Origin: Gallionellaceae bacterium
GTDB taxonomy: Bacteria > Pseudomonadota > Gammaproteobacteria > Burkholderiales > Gallionellaceae
Reading direction: 5' to 3'
Length of the DNA stretch: 64,000 nt
NCBI GenBank assembly: GCA_037140475.1
Contig: JBAXEJ010000004.1
Coordinates: 1,599-65,598 of the forward strand
Part shown: positions 1 through 11,053 of the stretch, in pieces
How positions within the stretch are numbered: position 1 is the stretch's first letter
Layout of the letters: each line of letters starts with the position of its first letter
Notes under the pieces: generated by a model
Databases searched by the model: none
Told to the model about the DNA's origin: nothing
What the model saw: only the letters and a program-made list of their open reading frames with translations
Made by a program: the position numbers and the translations under genes

Positions 1-114
1 CGTGCCGGTTACATCGGACGTGTGCGCACCCTCTCCCGTGCGGTGGCTCAAGCTTATTTTGATTCGCGTGAAAAACTAGGCTTCCCGATGTTGAAGAACG
101 GAGCGCCCAAATGA
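1..114 (+). CDS. glyQ: glycine--tRNA ligase alpha subunit, C-terminal fragment (5' end outside window)
   Basis: Frame 1 is open from the window edge to TGA at 112-114 (…[31 protein letters not shown]). ATGA overlap with the glyS start; conserved glyQ-glyS order. Confidence 0.6.
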   Translation, partial: RAGYIGRVRTLSRAVAQAYFDSREKLGFPMLKNGAPK

Positions 115-2258
115 AACAAACGCTATTGATCGAACTGCTCACCGAAGAGCTGCCACCGAAAGCGCTGGAAAAACTATCCGCCACTTTTGCTAACGAAATT
201 TTTAGCGCACTAAAAGAGCAAGCCTTAGCAAGCGAAGAGAGCGAATGCACACCTTATGCCACTCCCCGTCGCCTAGCGCTGGCTATTACCCATGTCGCAG
301 ATTTACAAGCTGATCGCATTATTGACCGCAAGGGCCCTGCCGTGGCTTCTGGCTTAGATGCCGAAGGTAAACCAAGCAAAGCGCTAGAAGGCTTCATGCG
401 CTCTGCCAACGTAACTTTTGTGCAGCTGCAACGTGTGAGTGATGGCAAGGCGGAATATTTTGTTGCCCAGATTGAACAGAAAGGTAAATCGCTAGACGAT
501 TCTTTAACGGACATCGTTGCGCAATCACTCAAAAAACTGCCCATCCCAAAATTGATGCGCTGGGGTGATTCCGACCACCAGTTTGTGCGTCCTGTTCATG
601 CGCTTACCGTGTTGCATGGTAGTCGCACCATCCTTGTCGAAGTGCTTGGCTTGCAAAGCGGCAATGTCACCAGTGGTCACCGCTTCTTGGCGCAAGATGC
701 GCTCACCATCGCCCGCGCTGACGATTACGAAAGCGTGCTCGAAAATGAAGGGCATGTCATTCCGAGTATTGCAAAGCGTCGTGAAATCATCGCGGTTAAA
801 TTAGACAAACACGCCGAGTCGCTGAATGCGATTTGGGTCGGCCATGCCAATTTCGACATACAGAAACTTCTCAGCCTTTCCAATGAAGACCGCAGTGTAT
901 TGAGTACGTTGCTGGATGAGGTAACTGCACTGGTGGAGTGGCCCGAAGTGTATGTCGGCGAATTCGAGCAGGAATACTTAGAAGTGCCGCAAGAGTGCTT
1001 GATTCTCACCATGCAGCAAAATCAAAAATACTTTCCTCTACTTGATGGCAACGGCAAACTACTGAATAAGTTTTTGATCGTCTCCAATATGCAGATAGCA
1101 GACCCGCATCACATCATCGAAGGCAACCAACGCGTCGTGCGCCCTCGCCTTGCCGATGCACGCTTTTTCTACAACCAAGATCGCAAGCAAAAATTAGAGG
1201 CTCGTGTTGAAAAACTAAGCCATGTTGTTTACCACAATAAACTAGGTTCGCAACTTCAACGCGTTGAACGCATCACCACACTGGCCGGGGGCATCGCTCA
1301 TTTGCTCGGCGCAAACAAGGCAGATGCAGAGCTCGCAGCGCGCTTGTGCAAGGCTGATCTCATCACCGACATGGTGGGCGAGTTTCCTGAACTACAAGGT
1401 GTGATGGGCCACTACTACGCTCTGCACGATGGCGAGAAAGCAGAAGTGGCTGAAGCCATTGAAGCGCACTACCACCCGCGCTTTGCCGGCGACAGTTTGC
1501 CGCAGAGTAAGATTGCCTGCGCAGTTGCGTTAGCTGATAAGTTAGAAACCATCTTGGGCATTTATGGCATAGGGCAAATTCCAACGGGCGACAAAGACCC
1601 ATTCGGCTTACGTCGTCAGGCGCTAGGTGTGTTGCGTATTTTGATTGAAACGCCGCTCGATATGCCGTTACCCCTGTTGTTGAAAATTGCAGCTGAAAAT
1701 TTCCCTGCTGGCATGCTGAACGCAGCCGTTGCTCAAGATGTGGAAGGATTTATGCTGGAACGTTTGCGCGGCTACTTGCGCGACCGCCATTTTGAGGCCT
1801 CTCACATTGAAGCGGTCCTCAGCACAATTGGCGGCCGTCTACATGAAGCCATGCCGCGTCTGCATGGCGTGCGTACTTTTGCCGCGTTGGCTGTTGCCAA
1901 AGATCTCGCCGCTGCGAACAAGCGCGTGCAAAACATTATCCGTAAAAATCAAGATGAGCTAGGCGCTGCGATGAGCAACGTAAAAGTCGACACTGCACTC
2001 ATGACCGACGAAGCTGAGCGCAATCTATTTGCCGCGATTAAGGACATCACACCTTTCGCGCAAGGCTATTTTGATCGCGGCGATTATGGCCAAAATTTAA
2101 AGGCACTGGTTACACTCAAACCCTTCATCGACGACTTCTTCGATCAAGTGATGGTTATGTCAGAAGATAAAACTTTGCGTATGAATCGAGCAGCGCTATT
2201 GCAGCAACTCGGTTCGCTGATGAATCAAGTCGCAGACATTTCAAAGTTGGCAGCATGA
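111..2258 (+). CDS. glyS: glycine--tRNA ligase beta subunit
   Basis: 715-aa ORF with N-terminus [17 protein letters not shown] typical of GlyS. Translationally coupled to the upstream glyQ frame. Confidence 0.95.
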   Translation: MKQTLLIELLTEELPPKALEKLSATFANEIFSALKEQALASEESECTPYATPRRLALAITHVADLQADRIIDRKGPAVASGLDAEGKPSKALEGFMRSANVTFVQLQRVSDGKAEYFVAQIEQKGKSLDDSLTDIVAQSLKKLPIPKLMRWGDSDHQFVRPVHALTVLHGSRTILVEVLGLQSGNVTSGHRFLAQDALTIARADDYESVLENEGHVIPSIAKRREIIAVKLDKHAESLNAIWVGHANFDIQKLLSLSNEDRSVLSTLLDEVTALVEWPEVYVGEFEQEYLEVPQECLILTMQQNQKYFPLLDGNGKLLNKFLIVSNMQIADPHHIIEGNQRVVRPRLADARFFYNQDRKQKLEARVEKLSHVVYHNKLGSQLQRVERITTLAGGIAHLLGANKADAELAARLCKADLITDMVGEFPELQGVMGHYYALHDGEKAEVAEAIEAHYHPRFAGDSLPQSKIACAVALADKLETILGIYGIGQIPTGDKDPFGLRRQALGVLRILIETPLDMPLPLLLKIAAENFPAGMLNAAVAQDVEGFMLERLRGYLRDRHFEASHIEAVLSTIGGRLHEAMPRLHGVRTFAALAVAKDLAAANKRVQNIIRKNQDELGAAMSNVKVDTALMTDEAERNLFAAIKDITPFAQGYFDRGDYGQNLKALVTLKPFIDDFFDQVMVMSEDKTLRMNRAALLQQLGSLMNQVADISKLAA

Positions 2259-2788
2259 AACTCATTATCTTAGATCGCGATGGCGTCATTAATTTCGACT
2301 CCGACCAGTTCATCAAAAACCCAGAGGAATGGAAACCCATTCCGGGCAGCTTGGAGGCTATCGCCCGCTTATGTCAGGCCGACTACCGCGTCGTCGTCGC
2401 CACCAATCAATCCGGTGTTGGACGTGGCTTATTTGACATGTCGATACTCAATTCCATTCATGACAAGATGCACAAGGCCTGTGCACTCATGGGTGGGCGC
2501 ATCGACGCTGTATTTTTTTGCCCACACACCGCCGAAGCGAATTGCGCGTGCCGAAAACCCAAGAGTGGGATGATTGAAGAGATTGCCGAACGCTACAACA
2601 TGGAACTCAAAGGCGTGCCAGCGGTTGGAGACTCTCTGCGTGACCTTGAGGCAACTGCTCGACTTGGTGCCCAGCCTTATCTCGTTCTCACAGGCAAAGG
2701 TACAAAGACACAAGCTAAAGGCGGCTTACCCGAAGGTACGCTGACATTTCCAGATCTCGCTGCAGTTGTGACTCATATCCTCGCCTGA
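2255..2788 (+). CDS. gmhB: D-glycero-beta-D-manno-heptose 1,7-bisphosphate 7-phosphatase (HAD family)
   Basis: DRDGVIN HAD motif I and CPH..C.CRKP zinc-loop motif. ATGA overlap with the glyS stop. Confidence 0.9.
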   Translation: MKLIILDRDGVINFDSDQFIKNPEEWKPIPGSLEAIARLCQADYRVVVATNQSGVGRGLFDMSILNSIHDKMHKACALMGGRIDAVFFCPHTAEANCACRKPKSGMIEEIAERYNMELKGVPAVGDSLRDLEATARLGAQPYLVLTGKGTKTQAKGGLPEGTLTFPDLAAVVTHILA

Positions 2789-2789
2789 C

Positions 2790-3494
2790 ATGATCTTCAT
2801 CCGTTCGCTAATATTTCAATTAGTACAATTCATCTGGATTCCCATTTACGCCACGATAGTGCTGTTCACCTTCCCACTGAATGCACACACTCGCTATCGC
2901 ATCATCTCCGGCTTAGCTCACAGCGTAATGTGGTTACTACGTGTAATTTGCGACATTCGTATCGAAGTTAAAGGCATCGAAAATATCCCTAAACAACCTT
3001 GCATCGTGTTGTGCAAACACCAATCTGCTTGGGAGACCTTTGCCTTGCAAACCGTCTTCCCTCCCCAAGTATGGGTGTTAAAGCGCGAGTTGCTTTGGCT
3101 ACCTTTTTTTGGCTGGGGCTTGGCACTCACCAGTCCGATTGCAATCAATCGCAGCAAAGGCAAACAAGCGATGAAGCAACTGCTCGCTCAAGGCAAGCAA
3201 CGCCTAGATAATGGATTTTGCGTGGTGATTTTTCCTGAAGGGACTCGCATGCCTTACGGCGTGCGTGGCAAATATAAAATGGGCGGCGCATTACTGGGTG
3301 AATCCACTGGCGCCCCCGTGGTACCTGTGGCACACAACGCAGGTAAATTTTGGGCACGCAATGCCTTACTAAAAACCCCCGGCACCATCACTATGAGCAT
3401 CGGCAAACCGATCGACCCTGCCGGCCATAAAGCTGACGAGATCAATCGCCAAGCGGAAGAGTGGATCGAAACAGAGATGGAACGGATGCAGTAA
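2790..3494 (+). CDS. plsC: 1-acyl-sn-glycerol-3-phosphate acyltransferase
   Basis: N-terminal TM helix. Acyltransferase blocks KHQSAWE and FPEGTR. Confidence 0.88.
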   Translation: MIFIRSLIFQLVQFIWIPIYATIVLFTFPLNAHTRYRIISGLAHSVMWLLRVICDIRIEVKGIENIPKQPCIVLCKHQSAWETFALQTVFPPQVWVLKRELLWLPFFGWGLALTSPIAINRSKGKQAMKQLLAQGKQRLDNGFCVVIFPEGTRMPYGVRGKYKMGGALLGESTGAPVVPVAHNAGKFWARNALLKTPGTITMSIGKPIDPAGHKADEINRQAEEWIETEMERMQ

Positions 3495-4234
3495 TGCTGG
3501 GCAAGTTACGCCGAGCCATCGCACCACCCGCCACCGAGCAGCGCAGCATTCAACTTGCCGGAACGCCCATCACCTACACCCTCAAGCGCAGCAACAAAAG
3601 ACGAAGCATCGGCTTACGCATTGATGACAATGGTCTCACCGTCAACATGCCGTTGCGTGCGCCTGAGAAATGGCTACACACTGTACTCAGTGAAAAGGCC
3701 GATTGGATCGTTGAAAAGCTGAATAATTGGCAATCGAAAAAGCCAGCGCCAACGCAATGGATCGATGGCCAAAAAATAGAATTTCGCGGCGAGGTATTTA
3801 CCTTGCGCGCAATTCCCAGTTTGTTCGCCTCTCCTCCTCAGTTGCGAGGAGAGCAACTCGTGGTGCACCTCATCAATATCACGGATGAACAAAAAATTGA
3901 GAAAGTGGTTACACAGTGGTATCGGCGCGAAGCAGAACGTGTGTTTTCTGAATGTGTCGCCCACTACTCACCATTGATGAATGTCTCACCGCAGCAAATC
4001 AAACTTTCATCCGCAAAAACTCAATGGGGAAGCTGCACGTCGCGTGGCGTAGTAAGACTGAACTGGCAATTGGTCAAAATGCCGCTGCACTTAATCGATT
4101 ATGTGGTGATTCATGAGTTGGCTCACCTCGTGGAAATGAACCACTCTGAAGCGTTTTGGCGCGTGGTTGAAACGGCTTGCCCTGACTACAAAAACTGCCG
4201 CGCCGAATTACGCCGTTATGGGATTAGCGAGTAA
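3494..4234 (+). CDS. YgjP-like (DUF45/M48-like) zinc metallohydrolase
   Basis: HELAHLVEMNH (HExxH) motif. I moved the start to ATG 3494 (MLGKLRR), which overlaps the plsC TAA; the track start at 3461 would overlap plsC by 34 nt. Confidence 0.8.
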   Translation: MLGKLRRAIAPPATEQRSIQLAGTPITYTLKRSNKRRSIGLRIDDNGLTVNMPLRAPEKWLHTVLSEKADWIVEKLNNWQSKKPAPTQWIDGQKIEFRGEVFTLRAIPSLFASPPQLRGEQLVVHLINITDEQKIEKVVTQWYRREAERVFSECVAHYSPLMNVSPQQIKLSSAKTQWGSCTSRGVVRLNWQLVKMPLHLIDYVVIHELAHLVEMNHSEAFWRVVETACPDYKNCRAELRRYGISE

Positions 4235-5426
4235 TTAAAGTCGACAGTGTTTGACTCTTGGTTTTTTCCAGATCATGTAACACTGTTGCGAACCAAGCAT
4301 GAATTTCTGCATCGCCCTGTTGTGTTGGCAGATTGCTGATATCCAGAAAAAACAAATTAGAGAGTTCGTAAATTGAAATATGCGGCGGGGTACGAATCAT
4401 CTTCCATCCTCGTCCTGCAAGCTTGCGCACCATGTCCGCATTTTGCAATTTTCCCAGCAACTCCTCTGTTGCCTCAAACGCCAAATTCAAACGCGTAGAG
4501 AGTGAAGAAACCGTTTGCAACTGCCCCTCTATTAATCCCTCATGCATCAAATCCAAAATTCGCACGGAAAAATAAAACTGCTCTGCTGCATTGAGCTGCT
4601 GTGTGCCGCGATGTTGCCAGCGCGATAAGGAAGCAGCGATAAGCGCCCCCATCAAAATTGTTATCCACGAAAAATATACCCAAAGTAGGAAGATTGGTAC
4701 GCTGGCAAATGCACCATAGACTAATTTGTAAGTGGAAAAATGCGAGATAAAAAAACCGAAGCCGCTGCTCATCGCTTCAAACGCAATCGCCGCCACTACA
4801 CCACCAACCATTGCATCACGTATCGACACATAGCGATTAGGCACCCATCTAAACAACAAGCTAAAAGCGAGCGTCGTCAAAATGACGGGCATGATTTTTA
4901 AAGTCAGCATGCCAAACATTGGCGTTTGCTTGGCGTAGCCCATCGACAAGCCCACCACCCACGAGGTCAGCGATAAGCTCGCACCAATTAATAGCGGCGC
5001 CAAAATAATCACCGCCCAATAAATGACCATACGCTTTAACCATGGACGCGGCTTGGAGATACGCCAGATCGTATTGAAAGCGTTATCCATCGTTATCATG
5101 ATCAACACCGCTGTAATCGCCAAAAACGCGAAGCCAAATGCAGTAAGTCGAGTTGCACTCTCTGCGAACTGCTCGATATAGCGTGTTATCATTTTGCCGC
5201 CGGTTTCAGGCAGCATATTGCTGAGTAAAAAGCGTTTTATCTGAAGTGAAAAATCGTCAAAAACAGGGAATGTTGAGAACAAAGTCAGTGCGATGGTAAT
5301 CAACGGCACTAGCGACAACAAGGTATCAAAGGTCAGGCTCGCTGCCATCTGTGTGCACTTATCCTGCCGAAACTTAACAATCACATAACGGGCAAAGGCG
5401 ACTAATTTTTGTGCTGTTTTATTCAT
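4224..5426 (-). CDS. YihY/BrkB family inner-membrane protein
   Basis: Multi-TM protein with a YihY-like N-terminus (FRQDKCTQMAASLTFDTLLSLVPL). Start set at the internal ATG (MNKTAQK, 5426) because the track extension runs through the leuA terminator hairpin. Confidence 0.8.
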   Translation of the reverse strand: MNKTAQKLVAFARYVIVKFRQDKCTQMAASLTFDTLLSLVPLITIALTLFSTFPVFDDFSLQIKRFLLSNMLPETGGKMITRYIEQFAESATRLTAFGFAFLAITAVLIMITMDNAFNTIWRISKPRPWLKRMVIYWAVIILAPLLIGASLSLTSWVVGLSMGYAKQTPMFGMLTLKIMPVILTTLAFSLLFRWVPNRYVSIRDAMVGGVVAAIAFEAMSSGFGFFISHFSTYKLVYGAFASVPIFLLWVYFSWITILMGALIAASLSRWQHRGTQQLNAAEQFYFSVRILDLMHEGLIEGQLQTVSSLSTRLNLAFEATEELLGKLQNADMVRKLAGRGWKMIRTPPHISIYELSNLFFLDISNLPTQQGDAEIHAWFATVLHDLEKTKSQTLSTLITR

Positions 5427-5465
5427 CCACTTCCTGCTAAAAAAATCCCTTAACTTACAATTAAA

Positions 5466-5495
5466 AGAGCATTGCACCCTAGGGCGCAATGCTCT
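5466..5495 (-). terminator. Rho-independent terminator of leuA
   Basis: Perfect 10-bp stem agagcattgc / gcaatgctct around a partly self-complementary loop (ccctaggg). On the minus strand it is followed by TTTAATT, 17 nt after the leuA stop. Confidence 0.6.
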
Positions 5496-5511
5496 GTGCT
5501 TAATTTAAAAA

Positions 5512-7047
5512 TTACACCTGCGGATGAGCGCGATCAATGCCCGCATCAAGTTTGTTTAACGCATTCAAATAAGCCTTGGCCGAAGCGACTACGATGTCGG
5601 TATCTGCCCCTTGCCCATTCACCACTCGCCCACCTTTAGATAGCCGCACTGTCACTTCACCCTGAGCATCGGTACCGCTGGTGATGTTGTTCACCGAATA
5701 CAGCAACAACTCTGTGCCACTTTGCACAATCTGCTCGATCGCTTTAAATGTTGCATCTACAGGACCACCGCCCTGTGAGTCGGCTTGCTGCTCCTTGCCA
5801 CCTACGCTTAGGATCACACGTGCCACAGGTAGCTTACCCGTTTCAGAGTGTGCGCCGATGGCCACCAAGCGGAAATGATCGCTCACTTGTGCTACACCAT
5901 CGTCGCTCACTAAGGCCTGAATATCTTCATCAAAGATTTCACTCTTGCGATCGGCTAAATCTTTAAAGCGCACAAACGCTGCATTCAAAGCGTCTTCGTT
6001 TTTGAGCACAATGCCCAACTCTTGTAAACGAGAACGGAAAGCGTTACGCCCTGATAATTTGCCCAAGGTGAGTTTATTCGCCCCCCAGCCCACATCTTCG
6101 GCGCGCATGATCTCGTAAGTTTCACGATGTTTGAGTACGCCGTCTTGATGAATGCCTGATTCATGCGCAAACGCATTGGCGCCGACAATCGCTTTGTTCG
6201 GTTGCACCGGATAACCCGTGATGCTGGAAACCAACTTCGAAGTCGCCACAATCTGTGTTGTGTCGATACGCGTGTCACATGTAAATACATCACGGCGTGT
6301 TTTTACAGCCATCACAATTTCTTCTAACGACGCATTACCCGCGCGTTCGCCTAAACCGTTGATCGTACATTCCACCTGCCTCGCACCGTTCATCACCGCA
6401 GCCAATGAATTAGCCGACGCCATGCCTAAGTCGTTATGACAGTGGGTAGACCAAATGACCTTATTGCTGTTTGGCACACGCTCAATCAACTGCTTCATGC
6501 GTTCACCCCACAATAAGGGAATGCTGTAACCAACGGTATCGGGCACGTTCAAAGTTTTAGCGCCAGCTTGAATCACTGCATCAAAAACGCGTACCAAGAA
6601 ATCCATTTCGGAGCGCACCGCGTCTTCAGCAGAAAACTCGACATCGTCGGTATATTCCAGCGCCAATTTCACCGCAGCGACAGCACGTTCCACCACTTCA
6701 TCGGGTGACATACGCAATTTCTTTTCCATGTGAATGGGAGAGGTCGCAATAAAAGTGTGAATACGTCCATGCTTGGCGGGTTTGATCGCCTCACCGGCTG
6801 CGCGCACGTCCTTTTCGCTGGCACGTGCTAAAGAGCATACCGTTGAGCGCTCAATCACTTGGGCAATAGAGTGAATCGCATCTGCATCACCAGGGCTTGC
6901 CGCAGCGAACCCCGCTTCAATTACATCAACACCAAGTTTTTCTAACTGGCGTGCAATACGTAATTTTTCTTCTTTGGTCATCGACGCGCCGGGGCTTTGC
7001 TCCCCATCGCGCAAGGTAGTATCGAATATTATTAATTTGTCAGTCAT
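5512..7047 (-). CDS. leuA: 2-isopropylmalate synthase
   Basis: [21 protein letters not shown]-terminus, HxH (HCHND) metal motif and C-terminal regulatory domain. Start set at the second ATG (7047), which has GGAG 7 nt upstream. Confidence 0.95.
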   Translation of the reverse strand: MTDKLIIFDTTLRDGEQSPGASMTKEEKLRIARQLEKLGVDVIEAGFAAASPGDADAIHSIAQVIERSTVCSLARASEKDVRAAGEAIKPAKHGRIHTFIATSPIHMEKKLRMSPDEVVERAVAAVKLALEYTDDVEFSAEDAVRSEMDFLVRVFDAVIQAGAKTLNVPDTVGYSIPLLWGERMKQLIERVPNSNKVIWSTHCHNDLGMASANSLAAVMNGARQVECTINGLGERAGNASLEEIVMAVKTRRDVFTCDTRIDTTQIVATSKLVSSITGYPVQPNKAIVGANAFAHESGIHQDGVLKHRETYEIMRAEDVGWGANKLTLGKLSGRNAFRSRLQELGIVLKNEDALNAAFVRFKDLADRKSEIFDEDIQALVSDDGVAQVSDHFRLVAIGAHSETGKLPVARVILSVGGKEQQADSQGGGPVDATFKAIEQIVQSGTELLLYSVNNITSGTDAQGEVTVRLSKGGRVVNGQGADTDIVVASAKAYLNALNKLDAGIDRAHPQV

Positions 7048-7351
7048 GGTGTACTCCATTGCAATCGTTCAAGACTCGACACCAAAAAAAACAGATGTCG
7101 GCAGCATTTATATTTTGAGAGAAATTATTGAGCGCGCGACCGCAGCAACAGCGCAGCCAGGAGGCTGAACGTTGAGTGCAAAAGCGATATGTGGCGGGAG
7201 AAGTGCATGGCTCAGAATATAACGGCTTTCTTGTTGCCCCGCAACACCAAGCCCACGACGAAACCGACTTTCCCTTTGTCATCCCCTTGCAAATATGGAA
7301 CAATCGGGCCCCTAGCTAGACCATCCTCACACAACGAATCGTGGCGGTTAC

Positions 7352-9262
7352 ATGAATCAGTCGATCACTGAAAAATTTGAAGAGTTTAAAGCTCATGGCA
7401 AATTGCCCTCGCCGCGTGGTGTCGCGCTTCAAATTATCAAGCTAGCCAACAACGAAAATACCACAACACAGCAAATCTCTCTGCTCATCAGCAAAGATCC
7501 CGCCTTGGCAGGGCGCATTGTTAAATCTGCCAATCTGCTTGTACAAAATTCAGGACGGCCAATTGCTTCGATCACCGATGCGGTCACTGTTTTGGGCATC
7601 AAATCTGTGCGGCAACTCGCGCTCAGCTTGTCGTTGGTTGCAGATTTTAGATCTGGCATGTGCAAAGGGTTTGATTACCAAAAATTTTGGTCTCACTCTG
7701 CTTGCAGTGCGATAACTGCACAAAAAATTGTCACAAAAATGCGTGCCGGCGTCGCCGATGAAGCATTTCTGCTTGGCCTCTTAGCCCAAATTGGCCGCCT
7801 AGCGATGGCGACGATCTGCCCACAAAACTATTCGCAAGTGCTAGAAAAGTCAGTCGCCACTCAAAACTTAGGCGACCTCGAAAGTGTAGCTTTTGGCATC
7901 AGCCACAATCAACTCACTGCATTGATGCTGGCTGACTGGGGTATGCCAGAACTCTTCCAACAAATAGCCACACACCTGGAGCGCCCTGAAAAAAGCACCT
8001 TCGCTGAAGGTGAGCGAGATTGGTTTTTACTTCAGCTATTTCACTTCGCTGACTGCATGGCTGATGTATGCACTGCGACACCCTATGAACGCTATCGTCT
8101 GATTCCAAAACTATTGCGCTTAGCTACACGGGTAGGCATTGAAACTAATATATTGACCGAAGTAGGCGACCATGTAGTACAAGGCTTGCGCGACTGGGGA
8201 ACTTTGCTCAACATCACCATGCCAAGCCTGCCTAGCTTCAGCGAAATACTTAATTCCAGCGCACTCAATCCTGAACACGTTGGCGTAAATAATTTGCCCA
8301 ATACACAACTTCCAACACAGAAATTACGCATCTTATTGGTTGGAGATGATTCCGCTATACAGCAGTCTTACAAAAAAATGTTGGAAACAGCTGGTCACAC
8401 AATGACAATTGCTAGTAGCGCAGCATCGGCTTTAGCGCAGATCAAAATAAGACCTCCGCAGCTCATCATCAGCAATTTAGACATGCAAGGCATGGATGGT
8501 ATTGAGTGTTGCAAAGCGCTACGTAAGCACCCGGAGTGGCACAAAATTTTTGTTTTCATCGTCACGGATCAAAACAATACGGATAGATTAGTAGAGGTTT
8601 TTGATGCTGGTGCAAATGATTACTTAACGACACCGATTAACGAAAAAATATTAATGGCTCGGATTAATGCCGCTCAACGCATTATTCACATGCAAGAAAC
8701 GCAGGAAGAAGATCGCTTACAGCTACGTCAATTCGCCGACGAGCTCGCCATCTCAAACCAACGATTGCAAGTATTAGCACTGACTGACGAGCTCACCGAC
8801 TTACCCAACCGACGCTATGGCATTGAGCGCCTAGACCAAGAATGGGCTGTAGCAATACGCGGCTCTCGCCCAGTGACTTGCATGATGATCGACATTGATC
8901 ATTTCAAATCAATCAATGACATTTACGGGCATCCCGTAGGTGATGAAGCCCTTAAACTCATTGCTCAAAGCTTGCGTCAGGCAGCACGCAAACAGGATAT
9001 TGTATGCAGACTTGGTGGCGAAGAGTTTCTGGTGATTTGCCCAGACACAGATAGCAGTGCCGGTTTTCAGTATGCCGAACGCTTACGTCAATTTGTTTCT
9101 GCGCAAACACTCTCTGCTCAGGGAGGCAAGATCCATTTCACAGTGAGCATTGGCTTAACTGACAACACCAATCTCACCTCCTCTGAAGCGATGTTACATC
9201 AAGCGGATGAACGACTGTATGCCGCAAAATCAGCTGGACGTAACCGCACTGTTGGCCAATAA
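7352..9262 (+). CDS. HDOD domain / response-regulator receiver / GGDEF diguanylate cyclase
   Basis: N-terminal HDOD-like region (LPSPRGVALQIIKL…), REC domain (RILLVGDD…ISNLDMQGMDG) and GGDEF domain with an intact RLGGEEF site. Confidence 0.9.
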   Translation: MNQSITEKFEEFKAHGKLPSPRGVALQIIKLANNENTTTQQISLLISKDPALAGRIVKSANLLVQNSGRPIASITDAVTVLGIKSVRQLALSLSLVADFRSGMCKGFDYQKFWSHSACSAITAQKIVTKMRAGVADEAFLLGLLAQIGRLAMATICPQNYSQVLEKSVATQNLGDLESVAFGISHNQLTALMLADWGMPELFQQIATHLERPEKSTFAEGERDWFLLQLFHFADCMADVCTATPYERYRLIPKLLRLATRVGIETNILTEVGDHVVQGLRDWGTLLNITMPSLPSFSEILNSSALNPEHVGVNNLPNTQLPTQKLRILLVGDDSAIQQSYKKMLETAGHTMTIASSAASALAQIKIRPPQLIISNLDMQGMDGIECCKALRKHPEWHKIFVFIVTDQNNTDRLVEVFDAGANDYLTTPINEKILMARINAAQRIIHMQETQEEDRLQLRQFADELAISNQRLQVLALTDELTDLPNRRYGIERLDQEWAVAIRGSRPVTCMMIDIDHFKSINDIYGHPVGDEALKLIAQSLRQAARKQDIVCRLGGEEFLVICPDTDSSAGFQYAERLRQFVSAQTLSAQGGKIHFTVSIGLTDNTNLTSSEAMLHQADERLYAAKSAGRNRTVGQ

Positions 9263-9342
9263 AAGAATGTAGCCAAAACACTTAAGGGCGTGAACATAAT
9301 CACTGCCCCCTTCTTTGCGATACGCAAGCTGCTTGCCAATAA

Positions 9343-9798
9343 TTAGGGACGAATATACGCGTAACCCTCTTTTTGTTTATTCATGATCTCAACCACGCCG
9401 GCCGGCACATAACCAATTGTTGTCATCATGTCTGCTTTGCTTAGCTTTTGCGCCTTCATGGTATTTTCACAAGCCACCACTTTTACTCCAGCGGTTAGCG
9501 CTTCATCAATACGGCTCGCGACCGCCGATTCAAATTTGAGCATGCCAATTCCTGGGCCATAGACCACAATTTCAACATCGACGTTTTTCACACCCAATTC
9601 TTGCTGTACATTTTTTGCATTATTAAGTGCCAAATTCCATTTTTTAGCATCATCATCGCTCACCTGAAATACCACCTGTGCACGAGCATTAGTGGATTTT
9701 TCTGCGGGCTTATCTGCGGCTTGAACGCCGAATGAAGTCAAAGCACATATTAGAATCGCTACCTTGTAGATTGCTTTGACGAAATTAGATGTTGTCAT
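9343..9798 (-). CDS. DsrE/DsrF-like family protein with signal peptide
   Basis: 151 aa with a Sec-type signal (AILICALTSFGVQA-AD). The fold-level call rests on the VVFQVSDDD…VVACENTM pattern of DsrE-like proteins. Confidence 0.65.
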   Translation of the reverse strand: MTTSNFVKAIYKVAILICALTSFGVQAADKPAEKSTNARAQVVFQVSDDDAKKWNLALNNAKNVQQELGVKNVDVEIVVYGPGIGMLKFESAVASRIDEALTAGVKVVACENTMKAQKLSKADMMTTIGYVPAGVVEIMNKQKEGYAYIRP

Positions 9799-10045
9799 TA
9801 TTTTTTCCTAAAATTAGTTAAAGTGGGCACTGCAAAACTGTTCTGTTTGCTGCATTTGTTGAATCAATCACAATTCACCTGCTCGATTGAAACGGTAGGA
9901 AAGATAACTGCAAGTAAGTCCTATGAACAATTAGGCTAAACCCTAAGGTTGTCGAGCCTTCACAACCCTCCCGGCAAGAGGGTTGCTTCCAAAACAGAAC
10001 CACATGTGATTTGCCCCATTGCCGTGCATATTGGCAGCACATCCA

Positions 10046-11011
10046 TTACAACCAGCCAGAACGCCTAAATCGATAGTAAAGATAAGCGCAAGTAGCCCCA
10101 ATTAGAAACAAGGCCAACGGATAGCCGAAGCTCCATTTCAATTCGGGCATATTTTCAAAGTTCATTCCCCACACACCAACAAACGCAGTTGCAACAGCAA
10201 AAATCCCTGCCCATGCCGCAAGACGTTTATTTACTTCGTTTTGCTCGATAGACACGGTCGACTGGCAAACCAAAATTGCGGTCGTAATGGTCTCACGGAT
10301 ATTTTCGATAGAGGCGTTAATGCGAGTCAGATGGTCATGCACATCCCGAAAATATTCTTGCGTATTAGCACATACAGGCGGCACGCGCCCGCCGTGGAGC
10401 TTTCCTGTGGTTTCCATTAATGGGACAACCGCGTGCTTGAGTAAAACAACTTTCCGTTTAAGTTCATACAGCATTGAAATATTGGCAAGCGCCGTGCCTT
10501 TATCAAAGAGATTCTCTTCAATTTTTTCTAATTGCGACTCAAGGTCTTCCACCACCGGAAAATAGCGATCGACCACCTCATCCATTAGCGCATAAAACAC
10601 AAAGCCCGCCCCAAGTTGCAATAATTCCGGCTGGCGCTCGCAACGTTCGCGTACGCCAAGAAATTGCAAGTTACTGCGATTGCGAATCGACAAAACGAAA
10701 TTACGCCCGACAAAAATACTCACCTCGCCCACGACAATTTCTGTCCCGACCACCTCGACTAAGTGCATCGCGACAAAAAGCGTATCGTCATATTCTTCGA
10801 GTTTTGGACGCTGATGACCATGACGTGCATCTTCAATCGCTAAATCATGCAGCCCAAATTCTTCCTGCATTTTGTTTAATTCGATATCAGTTGTGTCGCG
10901 TAGCGCTACCCAAACAAAGCAATCTGGTTGCTGTAGATAGTCACTAATTTGTTCAACAGGAAGATCGGCGAGTTTGATGCCGTTTTTATAGGCTACGCAG
11001 TTAATCAACAT
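10046..11011 (-). CDS. corA: CorA magnesium/cobalt transporter
   Basis: 321 aa with two C-terminal TM helices and the signature GMN motif (VWGMNFENMPE). Confidence 0.93.
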   Translation of the reverse strand: MLINCVAYKNGIKLADLPVEQISDYLQQPDCFVWVALRDTTDIELNKMQEEFGLHDLAIEDARHGHQRPKLEEYDDTLFVAMHLVEVVGTEIVVGEVSIFVGRNFVLSIRNRSNLQFLGVRERCERQPELLQLGAGFVFYALMDEVVDRYFPVVEDLESQLEKIEENLFDKGTALANISMLYELKRKVVLLKHAVVPLMETTGKLHGGRVPPVCANTQEYFRDVHDHLTRINASIENIRETITTAILVCQSTVSIEQNEVNKRLAAWAGIFAVATAFVGVWGMNFENMPELKWSFGYPLALFLIGATCAYLYYRFRRSGWL

Positions 11012-11053
11012 AGGGGGTTCAATTAACTCAATTTAATCATGCTATTAAAAAAT

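Noticed and set aside
7125-7208. 27-codon Leu-rich mini-ORF (MHFSRHISLLHSTFSLLAALLLRSRAQ) upstream of leuA as a possible leucine attenuator leader
   Set aside because: Seven of its 27 codons are Leu, which is suggestive. However, there is no SD, and I could not find a GC-rich terminator stem preceding the T8 run at about 7084-7091. I found only a weak GACAUC/GGUGUC hairpin with a U-rich loop. The evidence is insufficient without comparative data.
9963-9985. 8-bp hairpin caaccctc-N7-gagggttg downstream of corA as a terminator
   Set aside because: No U-tract follows on the minus strand, which is the corA direction, nor a convincing one on the plus strand. It may be a weak or Rho-dependent site, but I cannot support a terminator call.
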